A stretch of 64,000 nt of DNA, taken from the NCBI GenBank assembly GCA_963707915.1, contig OY970178.1, positions 1,984,001 through 2,048,000 of the forward strand. The letters run 5' to 3'. Below the pieces are notes generated by a model, which ran no database searches, was not told the DNA's origin, and saw nothing but the letters and a program-made list of their open reading frames with translations. The DNA is from Candidatus Eiseniibacteriota bacterium (GTDB lineage: Bacteria > Eisenbacteria > RBG-16-71-46). How positions within the stretch are numbered: position 1 is the stretch's first letter; every line of letters begins with the position of its first letter. A program made the translations under genes and the position numbers. Positions 1 to 7,648 of the stretch are shown here, piece by piece.

Positions 1-321
1 GCGCAACAGCGGCTGCCCGGGCACGCTCACCACGAGCGCGCGGGTGCGGCCGGAATCCGGCGCCACCAGCGTCACCGGCGCCGAGAAGTCGAACACCAGC
101 CGCGTGGCGGCGGGCGCCGATCGCGAACGCAGGCCGGTGAGGAACACGCCGCGCGCGGCGGCGGCCGGGCCGGGGATCGCCGCGAGCAACAGCGCCGTGA
201 CCGCGGCCGCGAGCCCAAGCGCACGGCGGAGCGTGACGGCAGCGCCCCCGGTTCGCCGTGACCGAGCGTCACGGACGACGGCGGCGGGACCGCGCCCGCC
301 GCCGCCTTCCGGGCCCCTCAC
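1..321 (-). CDS. 5' part of a secreted AMIN-domain protein, probably N-acetylmuramoyl-L-alanine amidase (runs off the window edge)
   Basis: Not in the ORF track. Manual translation from GTG 321: ...LRRALGLAAAVTALLLAAIPGPAAAARGVFLTGLRSRSAPAATRLVFDFSAPV..., i.e. a signal peptide plus an AMIN-like 'TRLVFD' segment. Start uncertain. Confidence 0.55.
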   Translation of the reverse strand, partial: MRGPEGGGGRGPAAVVRDARSRRTGGAAVTLRRALGLAAAVTALLLAAIPGPAAAARGVFLTGLRSRSAPAATRLVFDFSAPVTLVAPDSGRTRALVVSVPGQPLLR

Positions 322-331
322 GCGCCGGGCC

Positions 332-1810
332 TCACTCGAGCCCCAGCGGGATGTAGCGGGTGTTGCCGTCGGTCGTCACCAGAAGGGTCGCGTGCGCCTT
401 CCCCGAGGTCCGGGCGGCTTGCAGCGCCTTCGCGAAGGCCGCCGCCGAGGTCACCGGCCTGCCGCCCACCTCCTCGATCAGGTCGCCTTCCTGCAGCCCC
501 GCCTCCTGCGCCGAGCCGCCGTCCGCGACGTCGGTCACGACCACGCCCGAGGGCGCGCCGTCTCCGGCCCTCTCTTCGGGCGTGAGGTCGCGCACCCGCA
601 GGCCGCCGGGCACGGGCACGGTCCCCTCCGCACCCGGCGACGGGGCCCCGGCCACCGCCGCATCGGTGCGCTCGGCCAGCGTCAGCGTGATGGGCAGGCG
701 GCGTCCGTCGCGCAGCACGACCAGCCGGATGCGGCTCCCGACCGGCATGTCGGCCACCTGGAAGCGGAACTTCTGCATGTCCGTGACGGGCGCGCCGTTC
801 ATCTCGACGATGACGTCGTTGCGCTTGAGGCCCGCCCGGGCGGCCGGCTTGCCCTCGAGCACACCCTGGACCACCACGCCCTTGCTGTCCTTGATGCCGA
901 AGCCGTCCGCCAGGTCGGGGGTCAGCTCGGCCAGCGTCACTCCCATCCAGGCCCGTTTCACCTTGCCCGAGGCGATGAGCTGTTCGGCCACGTGCTTCGC
1001 CAGGTTGATGGGGATGGCGAAGCTGATGCCCTGCCCGCTCGGGTTGATGGCGGTGTTGATGCCGATGGCCTCGCCGTGGATGTTGCACAGCGGGCCGCCC
1101 GAGTTGCCGAAGTTGATCGAGGCGTCGGTCTGGATGAAGTCCTGGTAGGCGGGGTTGCCGCCGAAGATGTTGAGGTTCGAGCGCCCCTGGGCGCTGATGA
1201 TGCCCACGGTCACCGTGCCGCGCAGTTCGCCCAGCGGGTTGCCGATCGCGATGGCCCAGTCGCCGATGCGCAGCTGGTCCGAGTCGCCCAGCGGCATCGA
1301 CGGCAGGTCGTGCCCGTCGATCTTGATGATGGCGACGTCGGTCTCCTGGTCGGTGCCGACCACGGTGGCCTTGAAGGTCCGCTTGTCGTTGAGCGTGACG
1401 GTGATGCCTTCGGCGTTGGCGACCACGTGGTTGTTCGTCAGGATGTGCCCCCCGGAGTCGATGATGAAGCCCGAGCCCGAGGAGGGTTCGACGCGCGGGC
1501 GCGAGGGCGGCTCCTGGCCGAAGAGACGGCGGAACATCTCGTCCTGCGGGAAGGTCGTGGCACCGGAGACCTTCTTCTTCACGTCGATGAAGACGACAGC
1601 GGGCAGAGTCCGCTCGACCACGCCCACGAACGGGCTCTCGAGCGAGCCCGGGCCGCCCGCGATCGCGGGCCGCTCCGGGCGCTGGGCCGTGGAGTCGCGC
1701 TGCAGGCCGAGCCCGGCGCTGAGGCCCAATCCGATCACGAGTCCCGCGAGGACGAGACCCGCCGCCGTGAAGTAGTGGGTGCGCGGCCGGGTGAAAGGCT
1801 GACTGCTCAT
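332..1810 (-). CDS. htrA: Do/DegQ family (HtrA) periplasmic serine endoprotease with two PDZ domains
   Basis: N-terminal TM segment; catalytic triad motifs LTNNHVV, TDVAIIKI, IQTDASINFGNSGGPL; two C-terminal PDZ-like repeats. Confidence 0.95.
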   Translation of the reverse strand: MSSQPFTRPRTHYFTAAGLVLAGLVIGLGLSAGLGLQRDSTAQRPERPAIAGGPGSLESPFVGVVERTLPAVVFIDVKKKVSGATTFPQDEMFRRLFGQEPPSRPRVEPSSGSGFIIDSGGHILTNNHVVANAEGITVTLNDKRTFKATVVGTDQETDVAIIKIDGHDLPSMPLGDSDQLRIGDWAIAIGNPLGELRGTVTVGIISAQGRSNLNIFGGNPAYQDFIQTDASINFGNSGGPLCNIHGEAIGINTAINPSGQGISFAIPINLAKHVAEQLIASGKVKRAWMGVTLAELTPDLADGFGIKDSKGVVVQGVLEGKPAARAGLKRNDVIVEMNGAPVTDMQKFRFQVADMPVGSRIRLVVLRDGRRLPITLTLAERTDAAVAGAPSPGAEGTVPVPGGLRVRDLTPEERAGDGAPSGVVVTDVADGGSAQEAGLQEGDLIEEVGGRPVTSAAAFAKALQAARTSGKAHATLLVTTDGNTRYIPLGLE

Positions 1811-2158
1811 GGTGGATCCTCCTGTCAGGTGTCCGGCACCGGGCCCTGGTCCCCCCGTGCCGCGACGTCTGCGCGGACGGGGCGCCCGCGGTCACCCGCC
1901 GACGGCGGGTCGCGGATCGCGGGGCGCGGGCCGCCGTACGGTGCGGGCCGGAGCGCCCATGGTCATCTACCCTTAGGTTATCGCGTACCGCTTCGAGGCT
2001 GTCAGAAAGCCGTCAATTGTCCCCGCCCGCGTGGCGAACGCGGCGTGGCCTGCGCCCGCCGCGGCACCCCTGCGCCGGGTGGCGCGCAGTATACCCCGCG
2101 CCGGCCCGAGGTCACCTGCACGGTGGAAGCATCGGCCGCGGCTCGGCTACACTGCGGC

Positions 2159-2890
2159 ATGCTCTCCGAGGCCGTGTTCTTCATCTCCGACGCCCACCTG
2201 GGCGTCGAGGGCCGCGAGCGCGAGGCGGGACGGGAGGACCGGCTTCACGACTTCCTGGGCTCGCTCGCCGGCCGCGCTTCCGCCCTGGTCATCGTCGGCG
2301 ACCTGTTCGACTTCTGGTTCGAGTACCGCGCCGCCATCCCGCGGCGGCACTTCGCCACGCTCGCCATCCTCAGGCGCCTGCGCGAATCGGGCGTGACGCT
2401 CCATTACCTCAACGGCAATCACGACTTCTGGCTCGGCCGCTTCCTGGCCGAGGAGGTCGGAGTCGAAACGCACGACGGCCCCCTGGTGCTGGCGACCCAG
2501 GGCCGCCGGATCTGGCTCCATCACGGGGACGGGCTGGTCGGCGGCGACCTGGGCTACCGCGTCCTGCGGCGCGTGATCCGCGCCCCGGTGAGCATCGCGC
2601 TCTACGGGCTGCTGCACCCGGACCTGGGCCTCCCGCTCGCCCACCAGGTCTCGCGCTGGTCGCGCGACGCGCGCGGGGAGCGGCCGATCGACCCGGAGCG
2701 GCTGTGGCGCGAGATCGCGCTGCCGCGTTTCGCCGAGGGGTTCGACACGGTGATGGTGGGCCACTTCCACCACGTCCACGAGCGGCGCGAGCCGGGCCGC
2801 GAGTTCTTCGTGCTCGGCGACTGGCTCGAATCCTTCAGCTACGCGGTGCTCCAGGACGGCGTCGTGCGCCTCGAGCGCCAGGGCGCCTGA
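2159..2890 (+). CDS. lpxH: UDP-2,3-diacylglucosamine diphosphatase (calcineurin-like metallophosphoesterase)
   Basis: True start ATG 2159 inside the 44..2890 ORF; motifs FISDAHLG, GDLFDFW, GNHD, HGD, GHFH. Confidence 0.88.
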   Translation: MLSEAVFFISDAHLGVEGREREAGREDRLHDFLGSLAGRASALVIVGDLFDFWFEYRAAIPRRHFATLAILRRLRESGVTLHYLNGNHDFWLGRFLAEEVGVETHDGPLVLATQGRRIWLHHGDGLVGGDLGYRVLRRVIRAPVSIALYGLLHPDLGLPLAHQVSRWSRDARGERPIDPERLWREIALPRFAEGFDTVMVGHFHHVHERREPGREFFVLGDWLESFSYAVLQDGVVRLERQGA

Positions 2891-2896
2891 GCCCGC

Positions 2897-3838
2897 TCAG
2901 AACTGCGCGGTGAACGCGACCCGGTGCGTGTCACCGAGGTCGAAACGCATCGGCACGAAGGCGTAGTCCACGCGCAGGCCGACCAGCGCGTAGCCGACCC
3001 CCAGGCTGTAGCTCGCGGCGTCGTCGTTCACGCGCAGCCCGCCGCGCAGGGTGGCGACGCCGGAACCGTTGGCCCCGCCGGCAGTGGCCACCTCCACCCC
3101 CATCATGCCGACGCCGTCGCGGCCGCGGGCGAAGCGGGCCTCGAGCGCGGTGCGCAGCGCGGCGCCGCGCGCCAGGCCGTGTTGCCAGGAGCCGCCCGCC
3201 TGCACCGCGACCGGCAGCGGCATGGCGGCGCCCGGACCGCCGTCGAGCGTGTAGCGCGCATCCCCGCCGAGATTGTGAGCGCTGAGCCCCAGGCGCACGC
3301 CGGGCAGCCGGGCCGGCACCCAGACCGCGCCGAACCCGGCCGCGTAGGCGGTCGCGGAGACCTCGGCCATCCGCTCGCGCAGGACCTGCACCGTGCCACC
3401 CACGCTCAGCCCGGGCGCGACGACGCGCCCGTGGCCCAGCGCGAACTCCAGGTCGTGGTAGCCGAAGGAGCCGCTCGCGGTCGGGTTCCCGTCCGCGTCG
3501 GTCGCGGCGATGGGCTCGGAGTAGAGCGCGCGCAAGGAGACCGCGGTGCCGCCGCCGAAGGAGCGGTTCGCGAGCGCGAACTGCTCGAGGCGCAGCGACT
3601 GCAGGTACTCGGTGTGCGTTCCCGTGAGCTGCACGCCCTTCACGCCCGCGAGCCCGGCCGGGTTCCAGAAGGCCGCCTCGACGCCCTGCGCGAGCGACGC
3701 GAACGCGCCACCGAGCGCGGCGGCCCGCGCCCCGCCCGGGATCTCCAGGAAGGCGAAGGCCGACGTGGCGCAGGTGGCGGGCCGCGCGCAGAGCAGGACG
3801 AGCGCGGCGCACGCGGCCGCGGCACGGAGTGGCTTCAT
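2897..3838 (-). CDS. PorV/PorQ family outer-membrane beta-barrel protein
   Basis: Signal peptide; FLEIPGGARAAALGGAF...AAFWNPAGLA; C-terminal VDYAF...DLGDTHRVAFTAQF ending in Phe. Start ATG 3838. Confidence 0.85.
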   Translation of the reverse strand: MKPLRAAAACAALVLLCARPATCATSAFAFLEIPGGARAAALGGAFASLAQGVEAAFWNPAGLAGVKGVQLTGTHTEYLQSLRLEQFALANRSFGGGTAVSLRALYSEPIAATDADGNPTASGSFGYHDLEFALGHGRVVAPGLSVGGTVQVLRERMAEVSATAYAAGFGAVWVPARLPGVRLGLSAHNLGGDARYTLDGGPGAAMPLPVAVQAGGSWQHGLARGAALRTALEARFARGRDGVGMMGVEVATAGGANGSGVATLRGGLRVNDDAASYSLGVGYALVGLRVDYAFVPMRFDLGDTHRVAFTAQF

Positions 3839-3963
3839 CAGATCCCCTTGGAGCAGGCGCCGGCCGGTCGCAGCCGCCACCACGAAGACGCGGGCGGGGC
3901 GGAGCCGGCTTTCCCGGCCCCGCTCCCTGCCCAGGCGAAGATGGAGTCTACCACGCGGATCGA

Positions 3964-5346
3964 TCAGCCCCGGCCGTGACGCTCCCCACCCTGGCCCCGC
4001 TCCGGGTTGTCCCGCGCGGGTGCCGGACGCGGGGCCGGGCTGCTCGGCGGCGGCGAGGGCCGCGACTCGTCACGCGGGCGATCGGCCTTGGGCGGCGGCG
4101 ACGAGGGACGCGCCCCCTCGCGCGGACGCTCGTACCGCGGCGACGGCGCCGACGGACGCGAGGTCTCGCGCGGCGAGCGGTAGACCGGCGCCGACCGCGT
4201 GTCGCGCGGGCGATCCACGCGCCCGCCCTCGTCAGGACCCGGGCGCCCCGCGGGCCCCCAGGTCGATCCCTGCCGGCCACCCGGGCCCGGCCGCGTGCCC
4301 TCCTGCAGCCGCCTGCCTTCCACCGGCTCCCGCACGCCCGGTCGGTTGGACCCGATCGGCACGCGCACGCCCGCGCCGATCCCGCCCCGGCCGTTGCCGC
4401 CACCGAGGAAGCCCGGCGGCAGCGGCTTGCCTTCCTTCCAGCGCGAGCCGTCGTAACGGCTCGGCGGGGCGTAGCCCGCAGGCGGCGCCGTCTTGCGGCG
4501 CGTGAGATGGCCGCTCCAGAGCGCGTTCCACTGCCGCCGGCCGTTCCAGGACGAGTAGTAGGGCCGGTCGTACGGGGCGCACGGGTAGCAGCGCGGCACG
4601 TAGCAGAAGTAGGGCACCGTGCCGAACCAGTAGCGCGGCCCCCAGCTCCAGCCCCAGTAGACGCGGAAGTCGAAAGCCGAACAACTCGTGTAGTAGGGGT
4701 CGTAGCCATCCCACCACGCCCACTGGTTGGGACGGTGGCAGTCGTTGCAGAGGTAGCGCGGGTAGCGCACGGCCTGGTGGATGTAGTACGAGCTGTAGGC
4801 GGTGGCGAAGAGCTCGGGGTCGTTGGCGTCGCTCAGCACCTGCCGGCGGATGCGCTCCATCGCCACGAACGGGTCGCCCATGATGCGACCGTCCGAGGTC
4901 ACGTCCTGGTCGTCGTCCTCCTCCCCCACGTAGCCGGCACCCTCGGCCTGGGGATCGTAGGGACGCAGGTAGCGGGGCAGGGCGTTGAAGGGCTCGCGGG
5001 AGAGGAGGGCGACGATGTAGCCCTGCCCCACGGGGCCCTGCACGACGAGCTGCAGACCCGACTGGGCGGGCGGCACCCGGTAGGTCTGCCGGCCCTCGAC
5101 GAAGCCGCTGCGGCCCTCGTAGGGATACAGCACGCGCACGTAGCCTTCCGAGTCGATGTCGTAGACCAGGAGGTAGCCGTCATCCGAGGCGCGCACCTTG
5201 ATCTGGATCGGTTCGCCGGGCTCGTACACCGCGTCCTTGCCCCGGTCGGTCCAGATGTCCAGGCCCATCGCCCGGGCCCCAGCCGGGGACGGCGAGAGGA
5301 CGAGTCCGATCGCGAGGACGCCCAGAAGCCACCGCATTCGCAACAT
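3964..5346 (-). CDS. Secreted DUF4384-domain protein with a CxxCH motif, a Tyr/Trp-rich segment and an Arg/Pro/Gly-rich tail
   Basis: Signal peptide; VYEPGEPIQIKVRASDDGYLLVYDIDSEGYVRVLYP is DUF4384-like; YLCNDCH; low-complexity C-terminus; GGAGGAG RBS upstream (start 5346 or GTG 5352). Confidence 0.8.
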   Translation of the reverse strand: MLRMRWLLGVLAIGLVLSPSPAGARAMGLDIWTDRGKDAVYEPGEPIQIKVRASDDGYLLVYDIDSEGYVRVLYPYEGRSGFVEGRQTYRVPPAQSGLQLVVQGPVGQGYIVALLSREPFNALPRYLRPYDPQAEGAGYVGEEDDDQDVTSDGRIMGDPFVAMERIRRQVLSDANDPELFATAYSSYYIHQAVRYPRYLCNDCHRPNQWAWWDGYDPYYTSCSAFDFRVYWGWSWGPRYWFGTVPYFCYVPRCYPCAPYDRPYYSSWNGRRQWNALWSGHLTRRKTAPPAGYAPPSRYDGSRWKEGKPLPPGFLGGGNGRGGIGAGVRVPIGSNRPGVREPVEGRRLQEGTRPGPGGRQGSTWGPAGRPGPDEGGRVDRPRDTRSAPVYRSPRETSRPSAPSPRYERPREGARPSSPPPKADRPRDESRPSPPPSSPAPRPAPARDNPERGQGGERHGRG

Positions 5347-5348
5347 GG

Positions 5349-5894
5349 TCACGCTCCTCCTGGAGGTCCGGGCCGTGGTCCGCCGGCCGGCCGCGAGTCC
5401 CGCGGCTGCTCGGCCGGAAGACGCTCCCGGTCCCTCTCGTCATGCCCGTTGTTCTTCCTGTTACCCGGCGTGCGCCGGGTCTTCTCCCGGACCTTCACGT
5501 CGCCGGGCCCCGAGGCCTTCCCGGGGGCCGTCCCGGCCCGCCACGAATCGTAGTCGCGCGGCTCGCGGTATCGCTTCTGGTCCCGGTACGCAGCCGGATA
5601 GCGGTATCGGCCGAACGAGGGGTTCTGTTGCTTGATCCGCACGTACTGTTCGCGGTAGACGCGGACGGTCTCCGGGTGACGATCCCACGCGTAACGGAAT
5701 CCGTGGCCCGCGCACCAGTCGTAGTAGGGATCGAGGTAGCGGTACCCGTGACAATCATAGCAGTAGTAGCTCGGCGACGGGCGTCCGGAAGGGGCGTATG
5801 ACCCCGCCAGCGGGTGGCGGGTCCCGACCCAGGCCGCACAGCCCGGGATCACGGCGAGCACGACGGCCGCGCAGGCGATCTGCGTCCAGCGCAC
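5349..5894 (-). CDS. Putative lipoprotein with a CxxCH motif
   Basis: Lipobox-like VIPG/C after a hydrophobic stretch; YYCYDCHGY; Tyr-rich; abuts the downstream gene. Confidence 0.7.
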   Translation of the reverse strand: MRWTQIACAAVVLAVIPGCAAWVGTRHPLAGSYAPSGRPSPSYYCYDCHGYRYLDPYYDWCAGHGFRYAWDRHPETVRVYREQYVRIKQQNPSFGRYRYPAAYRDQKRYREPRDYDSWRAGTAPGKASGPGDVKVREKTRRTPGNRKNNGHDERDRERLPAEQPRDSRPAGGPRPGPPGGA

Positions 5895-5916
5895 CAGAAC
5901 CCCCTTCCTGCCCGGT

Positions 5917-6774
5917 CTACCGGCGCAGCCAGACGATGGGCCGCCGCGGCGCGCCGCCCTCTTCGCCCGCCGGCTTCGCCTTCAGCTCGCGATTGCCCGC
6001 GTCGATCTGGTAGGCCCAGTCGAGGGTCACCTGGGTCGGGCCCACGGCGGTGATGCGGAACTTGGCGAAGTGGTTGTCACGGGTCCAGACCACGTAAGCG
6101 TGCCCAACGATGGCCTCGACCGTCCCGCTCGGCGACCAGCCCGATTCGGCATCCGGGGCGAAGTCCACGGCGTCGAGCGAGGAGACGTAGCCCGCGTCCT
6201 GGATGTCGGTGGACGTGCCGGACGCAAAGACCTGCTGGTAGGCGTACCCCAGCGAGTCCACCCAGTAGCCGAAGAAGATGTCGGCCGGCGCGTCGATGGT
6301 GTTGGTGCGCGCGAAGGCCGAGAAGTCGTAGCCGATGTTCGTCTCGTAGACGAGGAAGTTGTTGAGCACCAAGCCGGCGCCCGCAGGCCGGGGCGTGTCG
6401 AAGACATCGTCGTAGGACAGGTCGCTCTCCGCCCCCGCCCGGTTCACCGCGGCGACCGCGAAGAAGCGGGTGGCGCCGTTCGCGAGGCCGGTGACCACGT
6501 ACTCGACGTACTGGGCCCCCGCCGGGGCCGGGATGGCCGCGATCCGCGTGTACTCGCAGCCCGTCCCCCCGCAGGGCCCCTCGTAGATGCGGTAGCTGAC
6601 GACGTCGGGCTCGGTGTTCGCCAGCCAGACCAGCGTGACCTGGCCGTCCCCGGTGACGCTGAACAATCCCCGCGGCGCGGCGGGCGGGACGATGGGCGCG
6701 GTGGATTCCTCCCGGCAGCCGGCAAGCAGGACGCCGAGCAGCATGAGTGGCAGGAGCAGCCTGTTCATCGTCAT
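5917..6774 (-). CDS. Lipoprotein with a fibronectin type III domain and an HmuY-like C-terminal region
   Basis: LLAG/C lipobox; PAAPRGL...GDGQVTLVW...YRIY...GLANG..FAVAAVN..G.ES (FN3); YVVWTRDNHFAKFRI...VTLDWAYQ; GGAGGG RBS. Confidence 0.8.
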   Translation of the reverse strand: MTMNRLLLPLMLLGVLLAGCREESTAPIVPPAAPRGLFSVTGDGQVTLVWLANTEPDVVSYRIYEGPCGGTGCEYTRIAAIPAPAGAQYVEYVVTGLANGATRFFAVAAVNRAGAESDLSYDDVFDTPRPAGAGLVLNNFLVYETNIGYDFSAFARTNTIDAPADIFFGYWVDSLGYAYQQVFASGTSTDIQDAGYVSSLDAVDFAPDAESGWSPSGTVEAIVGHAYVVWTRDNHFAKFRITAVGPTQVTLDWAYQIDAGNRELKAKPAGEEGGAPRRPIVWLRR

Positions 6775-6826
6775 CCCTCCCGGTCGGGTGTGGTCACGGC
6801 GGGTCTGGTCGCCTGCATCATACTTG

Positions 6827-6841
6827 GCAACCGTCGTGCCA
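6827..6841 (-). promoter_or_regulatory. Sigma54 -24/-12 promoter for the lipoprotein/DUF4384 operon
   Basis: Minus strand reads TGGCAC-GACGG-TTGC, an exact match to TGGCAC-N5-TTGC, about 50 nt upstream of ATG 6774. An IHF-like CAAGGGGTTG lies just upstream (~6878-6888). Confidence 0.85.
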
Positions 6842-7094
6842 TGCCACAGAGCCCGCTAGCGCCGGCGGGGCAGCGTCGCAACCCCTTGCGGATCAAAGCG
6901 GGAAACGCACGGAGTCGCCCCGGCGGAAGGCCCGCGGGGCGACTCGATCGTGCGGCCGGGACGCAGGTGTGAGCGCTGCGCCACACGTGCCTCTAGGAGC
7001 GACAGGACACCGGCCAGTTCCGGACGCAGTCGACTGCGACATCCCCCAATGTCCGCCAACTACGTCCTGGGCCGGTGCCCTGAAACCCTGAGCG

Positions 7095-7325
7095 GGCCGG
7101 TTCTGCGCGCTGAGATGCGAAGACCGGGTGTGCCTGGCTGCTCGGCGTTGTCGCCGGCTCGCTTCGGGTGAATCGCTCGTTATCCAAGCTAGGCGGGTGC
7201 AGGAGGCGGTGCGTTGTCTAGTGACTGGGGCTCGTACCCTCGACCGGGTCCCCCGCATTGCCGCCTAGCCCAGATTCTCATCCGGTGGTGCCACCGGACT
7301 TGATTGGAGGTCCCCCCCTCCGCTG
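7095..7325 (-). ncRNA. Candidate structured small RNA of unknown family
   Basis: Follows a sigma54-like promoter. A 15-bp stem (7261-7275 with 7182-7196) and an inner 8-bp stem pair fully only on the minus strand via G-U wobbles; extra hairpins at 7306-7321 and 7281-7298. No convincing ORF. Ends are approximate. Confidence 0.55.
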
Positions 7326-7336
7326 GGCAGCGAATA

Positions 7337-7351
7337 GCACGCGTCATGCCA
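7337..7351 (-). promoter_or_regulatory. Sigma54-like promoter upstream of the candidate sRNA
   Basis: Minus strand TGGCAT-GACGC-GTGC(T): GG and GC at the correct -24/-12 spacing. Confidence 0.6.
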
Positions 7352-7648
7352 TCGATTCGTCAAGCCGCGCCTATTCTCTCAACGCGTTGCACCGCAACTG
7401 AATGCGTTATGCGCCACGGCCACCGACCGACCCCGGCGACGGCCCGGAACAGGCGAAATCTATCAAGAACTTTGATGGTTCTGCGGACCATGGCCTAACC
7501 ACATGGAACGCATGGTCTTCGATGCAAAGACAATTGATAGGGCGATTGGCAACGGAAGTGCGAGTCGGAGCTCTGGCGGGACACCGGCGTGGAACGCCGG
7601 AGCGGGACCCCGGGGGGCCGGGCCGGCCCGCCGCGGGGAGGACGCGGA

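Noticed and set aside
44..2158. 5' two-thirds of the 948-aa plus-strand ORF
   Set aside because: Antisense shadow of htrA; only the lpxH part from ATG 2159 has family motifs.
7189..7281. 30-aa minus-strand ORF MRIWARRQCGG... inside the candidate sRNA
   Set aside because: No well-spaced RBS, atypical codon usage, not hydrophobic like a type I toxin; cannot be fully excluded as a dual-function RNA.
7281..7298. GGTGGCACC resembling a T-box antiterminator
   Set aside because: Lies inside a perfect hairpin, no stem I/specifier loop or terminator, and downstream genes are not amino-acid related.
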